Assembly (NCBI GenBank): GCA_036258055.1
Contig: DATAEK010000051.1
Coordinates: forward strand, 1,532-65,531
Direction of reading: 5' to 3'
Length of the DNA: 64,000 bases
From: Vicinamibacterales bacterium
Lineage (GTDB): Bacteria; Acidobacteriota; Vicinamibacteria; Vicinamibacterales; 2-12-FULL-66-21
Positions 7,867 to 16,498 of this stretch are shown piece after piece. The notes under the pieces were generated by a model that searched no databases, was not told the origin of the DNA, and saw only the letters and a program-made list of their open reading frames with translations. The number at the start of each line of letters is the position of its first letter. Within the stretch, counting starts at the first letter, position 1. Position numbers and translations under genes: made by a program.

Positions 7867-10316
7867 TCCAGATCGATTCCATTGACATCCGGGAAATGCG
7901 CGGCATTCGAACGCTCGAAATCTCACCGCGCCGGAAGAGCTTTGTCATTTCTGGGCCGAACGGCTCTGGCAAAAGCGGAGTGGTCGACGCCATTCAGTTC
8001 GGCCTTACAGGAGACATGTCACGTCTGTCGGGCAAGGGCACCGTCGGGCTGACCGTGCACCGTCACGGACCGCATGTCGACAAGCGCGACGACCCGGAAG
8101 CCGCGGAAGTGTCTATGTCTCTGTTCGTGCCGGAGACAGGGAAAACGGTGGTGCTCACACGCAACGTCAAGACCGCGAAGGTTTTCACATTGAAACCTGA
8201 AGATCCCGGAGTGAGGGCGGTTCTCGAAGAGGTCGCGCAGCACCCGGAATTGACGCTCTCGCGCCGCGAGATCATCAAGTACATCCTCGTTGAGGCTGGC
8301 GAGCGTTCCAAGGAAATTCAGGCGCTTTTGCAGCTGGACGACGTCGGAAACATCCGCAGCGTGTTGCAGACCGCGAAGAACAAGCTGTCCTCGGCACATT
8401 CGGCGGCGCAGAAGGACCTCGTCAACGCGGAGGATGCGTTGCGGCGTCATCTCGACATCAAGACACTGTCGAAGGAGGACATCCTCGGGGCCGTCAATCC
8501 GCACCGGAAAATACTCGGACTTGGGGAGATCCGCGCATTCACAGCCGACACCCTGCTGAACGCAGGCGTTCTGGGAAGCAGCGCCGAGCCAGCCTTCAAC
8601 AAGCAGTCGGCGCTGCGCGATGTGGGCGCGCTGAGCGACGCTGGGGCCAGCAGTGCTGCGCTTGGCAAGAAGGAAGCTGCTGCGCTCCTCAAGGACATCG
8701 CGACTCTCGAATCCGATCCGGCGCTTCTTTTGGCCGTTACGCGTCGTGCGTTTGTCGAGCGCGGACTGTCGCTCGTCGATGGACCGCTGTGTCCCCTCTG
8801 CGATACCGAATGGGATCACATCGAGCATCTGAGGGAGCATCTTCAAGCGAAGCTCGCAAAATCGAAGGAGGCGGAAGCGCTCCAGCAACGGCTGTTGAAA
8901 CACTCTGCTGAAGTCGCAAATCAGGCGCGGAAGCTCGTAGCGCTGATCGCGCCCGTGCAGGCGATCGCCACAGCCACCGGGACGGCCGCTTTTGCTGCGG
9001 AGCTCACCGCGTGGTCGGAGCACCTGAGCGCGCTCGCGAAGTCGCTCGGCACGATCGAAGACGTCATTGCCCACAAGCCGGAGTTTGAGGCGGGCTGGAT
9101 GGCACAGCCGGCGTCACTCGGTGAGAAGACTTCGGCGCTCGCCGAGGCTATCAAGGCGAAGCCCGATCAGAGCGCATCGGTGGCGGCGCAGACCTACTTG
9201 ACGCTCGCGCAGGATCGGCTGAATTCGTGGAAGGCGGGGCGCCGCACGGAACAGCAGGCAGCAGCCGCATCCGTCCGCGGGCAGGATGTCTACAAAGGCT
9301 ACTGTGACGCGATGGAAGATCAACTCGGGGAACTGTACGCCTCGGTCGAGGGTGATTTTTCCACCTACTACCGCGACATCAATTCCGATGATGAAGGCGC
9401 CTTCAAGGCGAAGCTGGAGCCATCGGAAGGCAAGCTCGATTTGGAAGTCGCCTTTTACGACAAAGGCATGTTCCCGCCTGCCGCGTACCATAGCGAGGGA
9501 CACCAGGACGGTATGGGCGTATGCCTGTATCTCGCACTGATGCAGCGGGTGCTCGGCAAACGTTTCAACTTCGCTGTTCTGGATGACGTCGTGATGTCCG
9601 TCGACCAGGGACACCGCAAACAGTTCTGCTCCTTGCTGAAGACGCGTTTTCCCGACACCCAGTTCATCATCACCACGCACGACAAGGTCTGGGCGAAGCA
9701 GATGCAGACCGAAGGGCTCGTCGATTCCCGAGGCGCCATCGCCTTTCATGGCTGGAGCGTTCAGACCGGGCCGATTTGCGAGCAGCTGGGGGACGTCTGG
9801 GAACAGATTGACAAGGATCTAGCAAAGAGTGACATTCCCGGTGCCGCCGCGCGGCTGCGACGGCATCTCGAGTTCATCTCCGCGGAACTCGCCGATCGTC
9901 TCGGCGCGAAGGCACCTTTCCGCGGCGATTTCTCCTATGACCTCGGCGATCTGCTGTCGGCGGTCATCGGACGGCAGTCAGAACTCCTCAAGCTCGCGGC
10001 CAAGTCGGCGCAGGATTGGAAGGATGACGACGCCCGGGCGAAAGTCGAGACGCTCAAGACGGCGCGCGCGGCCGCGCTGGCGAAGCATGATGGCGAGAAG
10101 TGGGTGGTCAACAAAGCCGTCCATTACACAGAATGGGCGGATTTCTCCAAGTCGGAATTCAGGTCGGTCGTCGAGGCGTTCAAGGCCCTGCTGCTCCAGT
10201 TCCGGTGCACGAAACCACGTTGCGAGTCGTGGCTGTACGTCACGCCGCGCAAAGGGGATCCGGAGGCGCTCCGCTGCCGTTGTGCGTCGATCAACCTCAA
10301 TCTCAGGGTGAAGTAG
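7863..10316 (+). CDS. Rad50/SbcC-like ABC ATPase with coiled-coil zinc hook and PrrC/RloC-like C-terminal module (AAA_13-like)
   Basis: ORF 7863..10316, 817 aa. Walker A is GPNGSGKS (aa 31-38), followed by DAIQFGLTG. A roughly 450-aa helical insert carries CPLC at aa 310-313 (nt 8790..8801). Further motifs are a signature-like HSEGHQDGMGVCLYLAL, Walker B FAVLDDVVMSVD and H-loop FIITTHD. A roughly 200-aa tail contains RLRRHLEF, NKAVHYTEW and a terminal Cys cluster CTKPRC..CRC. Confidence 0.8.
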   Translation: MIQIDSIDIREMRGIRTLEISPRRKSFVISGPNGSGKSGVVDAIQFGLTGDMSRLSGKGTVGLTVHRHGPHVDKRDDPEAAEVSMSLFVPETGKTVVLTRNVKTAKVFTLKPEDPGVRAVLEEVAQHPELTLSRREIIKYILVEAGERSKEIQALLQLDDVGNIRSVLQTAKNKLSSAHSAAQKDLVNAEDALRRHLDIKTLSKEDILGAVNPHRKILGLGEIRAFTADTLLNAGVLGSSAEPAFNKQSALRDVGALSDAGASSAALGKKEAAALLKDIATLESDPALLLAVTRRAFVERGLSLVDGPLCPLCDTEWDHIEHLREHLQAKLAKSKEAEALQQRLLKHSAEVANQARKLVALIAPVQAIATATGTAAFAAELTAWSEHLSALAKSLGTIEDVIAHKPEFEAGWMAQPASLGEKTSALAEAIKAKPDQSASVAAQTYLTLAQDRLNSWKAGRRTEQQAAAASVRGQDVYKGYCDAMEDQLGELYASVEGDFSTYYRDINSDDEGAFKAKLEPSEGKLDLEVAFYDKGMFPPAAYHSEGHQDGMGVCLYLALMQRVLGKRFNFAVLDDVVMSVDQGHRKQFCSLLKTRFPDTQFIITTHDKVWAKQMQTEGLVDSRGAIAFHGWSVQTGPICEQLGDVWEQIDKDLAKSDIPGAAARLRRHLEFISAELADRLGAKAPFRGDFSYDLGDLLSAVIGRQSELLKLAAKSAQDWKDDDARAKVETLKTARAAALAKHDGEKWVVNKAVHYTEWADFSKSEFRSVVEAFKALLLQFRCTKPRCESWLYVTPRKGDPEALRCRCASINLNLRVK

Positions 10317-10363
10317 CCGCAAATACTTGACCCAGGGCCCGTTCGCGAACCATCCTGAACGCC

Positions 10364-12052
10364 ATGTTGTCGGTGGAACGGGAACTTGCCGAGCTGAAAT
10401 TCATCGACGGCCTCTCCGCTCATCTGAAAGACGTTCGCGAGCCGCACAAGGCGATGCGGCATGCCCTCCGTGACACCTGCGAGTTCTTCCAGGCCACACA
10501 TGGTTGCATCGCCACGCTCCGGGCGGGTCGTGCGGAAGCCGAGCTCCTTTTCATCCTGCCCAAGAAGGCCGACTGGGATCTGGGCGTCCTGACCCGCTAC
10601 ATCCGGCACACCCACCCGCCGGTTCAGTCAGACATGTTGATTGGATCCGTCAGGCGCCGGGGCGGTGCGTGGGGCGCGATTGCGCTCGTCGCTCCGGGCC
10701 GGACGTTCGATCGCGAGGATCGACGCTTGATCGCGCGCATCGCCGCCGTTCTGTCGGCCGCGGTTCACCGGATCGACCGCGATCGCCTGCTTGGCGTGCG
10801 CGATCGGATCGACCGGAAGATCATGGAGCAGATCCATCCCAAAGATCTCTTCTATCAGATCCTGGACGGCATTCGATCGCTGACCCTCTACGATCATTCG
10901 TCGGCGCTCCTCATCCGCGAGGAGGAGGAGGAGTCCTTGCGCGTGGTTGCGGAACAGATCGCCTGGACGAAGGCGAAGAGCGAGCGGATCGGCCTGCGGA
11001 TACCGATTTCGGCGGACGCCATGGCGCTGCTGCAGTCGGAACAGGTATACGGCTTCGATAGACATGGGAACAGCTGGCAGGAGTGGAAAGGTCAGCGGGC
11101 CGACGCGCTGGCCGCTTTGCTCGACTACAACAGTCCCGACGCCGGCGATGGCGAGAACCTGCGAGAGGCCTCGATGCTGTGCGCCCCGCTGGTAAGCCGG
11201 GACAGCGTGGTCGGCGTCCTCAAGATCGCGTCGCGGCACCCGGAACAGCTCAAGCCCTTCGACGCCGATCTGGTCGAACACTTTCGTTCGCAGGCCGCCA
11301 TCGCCATCCAGAACCTCCATCGCACCGAGTCCCTCCGCGCACGCGTGGTGACGGCAGAGCGCAAGCACGCAATGGCCGACCTCGCGAGGAGCGTGTCGCA
11401 CGACCTGAACAACGCGCTCGGGTCGATGCTTCCGCTGATCCAGCAGATGCAGGCCGAGGTCCGCGGCGGGGTGCTCGCACCGCTGGTCTTCGCGGAAGAC
11501 CTCGAGCAGGTCCAGAAGGCGCTCCAGCTCTGTCGACGGATCTTCGGAGGGATGCTGACATTCTCCCGGAATGCGGCGCGACGGGGCGGTTATGCGCAGG
11601 TACGTCGCGCCATCGAAACCGCATCCGCGATCCTGAAGTACGGCATGAGCCGGAGCGCCATCGAGCTGCAGGTCAACATCCCGGACGAGGTTCCGGAGGT
11701 GGCGTGCAGCCAGAGCGATCTCGAACAGGTGTTTCTCAACCTGCTCACCAATGCACGCGAGGCCACGCCGCACGGAGGCCGGATCATCGTCACCGTACGT
11801 GTCCTGGAAGGCACCGTCGAGATCTCGATCGCCGACACCGGATGCGGGATTCCCGCCGACAATCTTGCGCGGGTACTCGAGCCCTTCTTCACGACCAAGG
11901 CGCACGGGAACGGCCTCGGACTCTCAATCTGCCGCTCGCTTCTCTGGGAGGTCGACGGCACGCTCACGATTCAGAGCGAGCCGGGTCAGGGCACCCACGT
12001 CCGCGTGCATGTTCCACACGCGGCTTCGCAGCCGCAGCCGCAATGGTCGTGA
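10364..12052 (+). CDS. GAF-domain sensor histidine kinase
   Basis: ORF 10364..12052. It has N-terminal GAF-like regions, an H-box SVSHDLNNALGSM, an N-box NLLTNAREAT, and G-boxes DTGCGIP and TTKAHGNGLGLSICR. Confidence 0.85.
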   Translation: MLSVERELAELKFIDGLSAHLKDVREPHKAMRHALRDTCEFFQATHGCIATLRAGRAEAELLFILPKKADWDLGVLTRYIRHTHPPVQSDMLIGSVRRRGGAWGAIALVAPGRTFDREDRRLIARIAAVLSAAVHRIDRDRLLGVRDRIDRKIMEQIHPKDLFYQILDGIRSLTLYDHSSALLIREEEEESLRVVAEQIAWTKAKSERIGLRIPISADAMALLQSEQVYGFDRHGNSWQEWKGQRADALAALLDYNSPDAGDGENLREASMLCAPLVSRDSVVGVLKIASRHPEQLKPFDADLVEHFRSQAAIAIQNLHRTESLRARVVTAERKHAMADLARSVSHDLNNALGSMLPLIQQMQAEVRGGVLAPLVFAEDLEQVQKALQLCRRIFGGMLTFSRNAARRGGYAQVRRAIETASAILKYGMSRSAIELQVNIPDEVPEVACSQSDLEQVFLNLLTNAREATPHGGRIIVTVRVLEGTVEISIADTGCGIPADNLARVLEPFFTTKAHGNGLGLSICRSLLWEVDGTLTIQSEPGQGTHVRVHVPHAASQPQPQWS

Positions 12053-13194
12053 GATCGGCGCGCATCCTGGTCGTGGACGACGAGCCAGGCATGCTCCGCG
12101 CTGTCGAGCGCGTGTTGAGTCAAGACCATCACGTCATCGGTACCCGGCTGTCGCGCGATGCGCTGTCGGTTGCGAACGAGTTTCGCCCGGATCTCGCGAT
12201 TGTCGACATCCGCATGCCGGATCTGGACGGCTTCGAGCTGATGGCCCAGCTGAAAGCGGGCTTTCCGACGCTCGACGTGATCCTGATGACGGGCAGCGTC
12301 GACGATCTCGACGAGAAGCTCGTGCGGGCGATCCGCAGTCCTGCCTTCTACTTCATCCAGAAGCCGTTCGATCGCGAGGTGCTCCGGACGCTGGTCGAGC
12401 GCTGCGTCGAGCTGCGCTGGCGCCGTGAGGAGCATCGTCAGAACCTGAAGCGGCTGGAAACCGAAATGGCCGAAGCCCGCGCGTTTCAGCAGAGCCTGCT
12501 GCCGCGGGGCGAAGCCATCGTGAATCGGGTTGAGGTTTGCTGCCGCTACACTCCATGTTCATCGCTGGGCGGAGATCTGTACGACTACGCCGCGGCGCCC
12601 TCGGGACGGACTGCGTTGCTGATCGCTGACGTGTCGGGTCATGGCGTGTCGGCGGCGATGCTCACGGGCGTCGTCAAGAGCGCGTTTCACGCATCGCATG
12701 CCGACGGGTTCGACCCTGTTGCGGTCGTACAGCGTGCGTCGGCCGGGCTCGCAGCCTTCAGTCCCGACCGATTCGTCACGCTGGTCGCGGCTCTGCTGTG
12801 TCCAGATGAATGCCAGCTTCGGTATGTGAATGCCGGTCATCCACCGATGGTTCTGTGGGGTAGGCGCGAACCACGGTGGCTGGCGAGCACCGGGCCACTG
12901 GTTTCACCGGTGCTGACGGCCGCGAGCTGGGACGCACCCGTCGTTCCGATGGACCAGGGCGATCACGTTCTACTGTTCACGGACGGCGTCTGGGAACTGC
13001 TCGCAGATGATGAGGGTCGAGCGGAAAAGCGTTTCCTCAACGCGATCGATCGGGCGTCCGGAGGCGGCGCCTCGCTGCTCGACACGATTCTCGCCGACGT
13101 CCATCGCGAAATCGCGGGAGGGCTGCAGCCCGATGATCTCACGCTTCTGACCGCAAAGGTGGTCGGCCCGATCAACCGGACACCTGTCGGTTAG
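12043..13194 (+). CDS. Response regulator receiver fused to PP2C/SpoIIE-type phosphatase
   Basis: This is the last 383 aa of ORF 11083..13194. ATG 12043 overlaps the kinase stop by 10 nt. The REC domain shows RILVVDDEP..DLAIVDIRMPDLDG. The PP2C domain shows AFQQSLLP, GGDLYDY, LLIADVSGHGVSAA, NAGHPP and LLFTDG. Confidence 0.85.
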   Translation: MVVRSARILVVDDEPGMLRAVERVLSQDHHVIGTRLSRDALSVANEFRPDLAIVDIRMPDLDGFELMAQLKAGFPTLDVILMTGSVDDLDEKLVRAIRSPAFYFIQKPFDREVLRTLVERCVELRWRREEHRQNLKRLETEMAEARAFQQSLLPRGEAIVNRVEVCCRYTPCSSLGGDLYDYAAAPSGRTALLIADVSGHGVSAAMLTGVVKSAFHASHADGFDPVAVVQRASAGLAAFSPDRFVTLVAALLCPDECQLRYVNAGHPPMVLWGRREPRWLASTGPLVSPVLTAASWDAPVVPMDQGDHVLLFTDGVWELLADDEGRAEKRFLNAIDRASGGGASLLDTILADVHREIAGGLQPDDLTLLTAKVVGPINRTPVG

Positions 13195-13217
13195 GTTTTT
13201 CAGACACCAGCGAACGA

Positions 13218-16100
13218 TTACTTCGTCTCCGGAAAGAGCAGCACTTTCACATAGCGGGTCGAGTCCAGATACGTTCGTGCCGCATCACGCAGGAGCGGCG
13301 CAGTCAGCTGCTCGTACAATCCGCCCAGGGTCGCCGGGTCCGGGACAGGTTCGTTGTACTGGTACGCGTAGGTCAGCTGATTCAGAACGTAGCCGTTTTG
13401 TCGGCTGTTGGTTTCAAGGTCCCGCCGCAGTCCCGCCTGCGCGTCCGCTACTTGATTCGGGCTCGGCCCGTTGGTCCGAAACTCGTCGATCACCGCAAAC
13501 ATGGCCTTGACGAGATCCTGCGTGCGCGCGGGATCACAGGCAAAGGTGATCGTCACGCGGTATTCCTCGGTCGGCCGTTTCGTGAATTCGGGGACAACGC
13601 TGACGCCGTACGTGCCGCCAAGGTCCTCTCTCAGGACCCGCTGTAGATTGCCAGCGAGCGTGTTCGCCATGGCCCGGATGATGACGCGGTTTTTCTCGTT
13701 GTTCTGGAATGGTCCGGTGAAGACGAGGCCGACCTCGCTCTTGGGCGTGGTCCCTTTCTTGATTTCACGTTCGACGATGCCGGACGGCGTTCGTATGCCG
13801 ACGTCCCGGCCGGTTTCCGTCCGATGCAGCGCGGGCAGGCTGGCGAGGTACTTCTCGACCAGTGGCTTGATGGTCGGAAGATCGAAGCTTCCGACCAGAA
13901 CGAACGTGAAGTCGCTTGCATCCGCGAAACGGTTTTTGTAGAACGCGAGGGACGTGTCCAGGTTCATCTGCGCGACGAGAGCCTGGGTCATCGGCTGCGC
14001 GCGAAGATGATTCTGGGTCACTGCGGAGTTGAGCGCGTCTTCGAACGCCGCGTCGGGAAGGGCCTGCCGGTTGGCCAGCGCCGCCGTCAGTTGGCCGGTC
14101 GCCGCGCGGAAGGCTTCCGGGTCCGCCCGCGGCTGCGTGAAGGTCAGATAAACCAACTGAAACATCGTTTCCAGATCGCGGCGCAGGGCCCGGCCGCTCA
14201 ATCCCTCGTACATCTCATCGATATCAGGCCGCACGACGACGGCCTTGCCGGCGAGCTTCTTCGTCAGATCGATGGCTGACAGCGTGCCGAGTCCGCCCTG
14301 GGAGACGACCCCGCTGGCGGTTTCCGCCGCGACGAAGTCCTTGTCATCAGCGAGCGACGTACCGCCGGGGCTGAAGGCGCGGAAGAGGATCTCATCCTGT
14401 TTGAACGTCGTCGGCTCGAGCACGACCCGCACGCCGTTGGACAAGGTCCATTCGGTGATTCCTGATGGTTTGGACGCGGTCTTGGCAACGGAACCCGGCT
14501 TGGGCGGCGTCTCGATCAAAGGCCGCGTGCTCACCGTGTCCACATACGCCGTCAAGCTCCCCCCGCCGGCACTTTTGATCACCGATGCGAGCTTGGCTTC
14601 GTCCGGTACCTCGACGCCCGGCTTCTTTGGTGCACTCACGACGACGACGCGGTTCCGATCGGGCACCCAGTCGTGGGCCAGGCTGTTGACATCGGCAAGG
14701 GTGATCTCGGGCAGGAACCGTTGGACCAGGCCGTTCTCGTAGGCGATGCCAGGAATCGGCTCCTGCTGCATGAAGTTGCGGATGAACTCCTCGGCGAGCG
14801 ACACCGAGGTGTGCTCGTCGTTCGAAGCGGCAAGTTGTGCGAATGCCTGCAGAAGGCCGAGACGATACCGATCCAGTTCCGTTTGCGTGAAGCCGAACCG
14901 GGCGACGCGATCGGCTTCGGTAAACAGCGCCGCCAGTCCTCGCTCGATACCGCCGTCCGCAACCAGCGCACTGAGTGTCGTCGCCTCGGCCGTCTTTACG
15001 AATAGCCCACGGTTCGTCTCCGCATCCAGAAACGGCGCATCGGGCTTCTGCGCCATCTCGGCGAAGCGTGCGGACAACAGGCCGGTGAAGACCCGTTCGA
15101 TCGTCTGTTGTCGATAGGCACCAATCGTCGTCTGATCCCGGGCTGCCATCATGCTGGATACGTTGACCACTGTGTTGGTGGCCTCGGCGTCGGTCGTGAC
15201 GATGTATCGGGTACCCGTGTGATCGGGTACGTCGTAGGTCGGCCGCGGACGCGGGGAGGTCGGAGCCGGGATCGTCCCGAAATGCGACCTGATGAGCAAT
15301 TCCATCTTGACAGGATCGAAGTCGCCCACCGCGATCACAGCCATGAGATCGGGTCGATACCAATCGGCGTAGAACTTCTTGAGACGGTCGTACGGGAACG
15401 TCCGAATGATCTCTGGCTTGCCGATTGGCAGCCGGTCGGCGTAACGCGAATCCTTGAGCAGGACAGGCAGCTGTGCGTCCAGCATCCGGGCGCCGGCTCC
15501 GAGTCCGGTTCGCCATTCCTCCAGGATGACGCCGCGCTCTTTGTCGATCTCTTCAGGATCGAAAGAGACAGCGTGCGCCCATTCCTCCAGGATGAGCAGC
15601 GAGCGATCGACCACGGCTGGATTGTCGGTAGGAATCTGCAACTGGTAGACCGTCTGGTCGAAGCTCGTGTTGGCGTTGATGTGCGCGCCGAAACGCATGC
15701 CCGTGGACTGCAGAAACCCGACGACGTCTTGCTTCGGAAAACGGCGCGTGCCGTTGAAGCACATGTGCTCAACGAAGTGAGCGAGACCGCGCTGATCATC
15801 GTCTTCGAGAACCGATCCTGCGTTGACGACCAGCCGAAACTCCGCGCGATCCTGCGGTCGCTTGTTGGCCCGGACGTAATATCGCAAGCCGTTGGGGAGC
15901 GTACCCACGGTAATCCGCGGGTCGACGGGAACCACTGCCGTGAGTGGGGCGTTCTGAGGGCCGGTGGTGACGGCGCGCTGAGCCGTCGCCACGGCGCCGG
16001 CCGCCGCGATCACCAGCGCCAGAAGCATCAACCGTGCTTGGATGCGAGAGATCATGATGGCTATCATTTCACGACCGCGTGACGACGTCACCGGTGACAT
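13218..16100 (-). CDS. M16 (insulinase/pitrilysin) family zinc peptidase, two-unit secreted form
   Basis: ORF 13218..16124. It carries the HxxEH motif (GLAHFVEHMCFNGT). ATG 16100 is preceded by GGGAG-N7 and followed by a signal-like LMLLALVIAAAGAVATAQ. ATGs at 16067 and 16055 are alternative starts. Confidence 0.85.
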   Translation of the reverse strand: MSPVTSSRGREMIAIMISRIQARLMLLALVIAAAGAVATAQRAVTTGPQNAPLTAVVPVDPRITVGTLPNGLRYYVRANKRPQDRAEFRLVVNAGSVLEDDDQRGLAHFVEHMCFNGTRRFPKQDVVGFLQSTGMRFGAHINANTSFDQTVYQLQIPTDNPAVVDRSLLILEEWAHAVSFDPEEIDKERGVILEEWRTGLGAGARMLDAQLPVLLKDSRYADRLPIGKPEIIRTFPYDRLKKFYADWYRPDLMAVIAVGDFDPVKMELLIRSHFGTIPAPTSPRPRPTYDVPDHTGTRYIVTTDAEATNTVVNVSSMMAARDQTTIGAYRQQTIERVFTGLLSARFAEMAQKPDAPFLDAETNRGLFVKTAEATTLSALVADGGIERGLAALFTEADRVARFGFTQTELDRYRLGLLQAFAQLAASNDEHTSVSLAEEFIRNFMQQEPIPGIAYENGLVQRFLPEITLADVNSLAHDWVPDRNRVVVVSAPKKPGVEVPDEAKLASVIKSAGGGSLTAYVDTVSTRPLIETPPKPGSVAKTASKPSGITEWTLSNGVRVVLEPTTFKQDEILFRAFSPGGTSLADDKDFVAAETASGVVSQGGLGTLSAIDLTKKLAGKAVVVRPDIDEMYEGLSGRALRRDLETMFQLVYLTFTQPRADPEAFRAATGQLTAALANRQALPDAAFEDALNSAVTQNHLRAQPMTQALVAQMNLDTSLAFYKNRFADASDFTFVLVGSFDLPTIKPLVEKYLASLPALHRTETGRDVGIRTPSGIVEREIKKGTTPKSEVGLVFTGPFQNNEKNRVIIRAMANTLAGNLQRVLREDLGGTYGVSVVPEFTKRPTEEYRVTITFACDPARTQDLVKAMFAVIDEFRTNGPSPNQVADAQAGLRRDLETNSRQNGYVLNQLTYAYQYNEPVPDPATLGGLYEQLTAPLLRDAARTYLDSTRYVKVLLFPETK

Positions 16101-16282
16101 TGGTCTACTCCCACTCTCTTCCACGACGCGCCGCGGTCAGGCTGCGGACTTCGACGTGATCCGCGTCCATCGCCCACGACTCCTAATGTTGAGGTAATCG
16201 GCCGCTGCCTGAACAGCCCTAAGGCGCGATACCCCGGTGTACGCGCTCTTTCTATAGTTCCCGCACGCGCGCGGAGGGCTTT

Positions 16283-16429
16283 GTGAAAGACGCAGCTCGT
16301 TGGTGGAGCTCGATGTCCCTCGCGATCGCCGGGGTCGCTACGACGCTGGCGTTGTCCGAGGTGCCGGTTCAGGCGCAGGAGCCGCCTCAAGCGCCGGCAG
16401 CGGAGCATAAGGCCGGCAGCGGAGCATAA
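16283..16429 (+). CDS. Small signal-peptide ORF (48 aa), apparently truncated by a 19-bp tandem duplication
   Basis: GGAGG-N5-GTG at 16273..16285. Translation is VKDAARWWSSMSLAIAGVATTLALSEVPVQAQEPPQAPAAEHKAGSGA*. Removing one repeat unit extends the frame to about 72 aa (..EHKEGLWKKWERAVVFGVSFGVAFQDQSSMNS*). Confidence 0.25.
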   Translation: MKDAARWWSSMSLAIAGVATTLALSEVPVQAQEPPQAPAAEHKAGSGA

Positions 16430-16431
16430 GG
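16394..16431. repeat. Perfect 2 x 19-bp tandem duplication (CCGGCAGCGGAGCATAAGG)
   Basis: Unit 1 at 16394..16412 is identical to unit 2 at 16413..16431. The unit length is not a multiple of 3. Confidence 0.9.
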
Positions 16432-16498
16432 AAGGACTGTGGAAGAAGTGGGAGCGCGCGGTCGTTTTTGGGGTCAGTTTCGGCGTGGCGTTCCAGGA

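Noticed and set aside
7649-7885. 78-aa plus-strand ORF from the track
   Set aside because: Its translation is Arg/Ser/Pro-rich and implausible. The alternative frame (7690..7866) has a Shine-Dalgarno sequence, balanced composition and a GTGA coupling to the next gene.
10628-11905. 425-aa minus-strand ORF, and the plus-strand 11083..12042 portion of the 703-aa ORF
   Set aside because: They overlap the GAF histidine kinase in antisense or in an alternative frame. Only the last 383 aa of the 703-aa ORF (from ATG 12043) carry REC/PP2C motifs.
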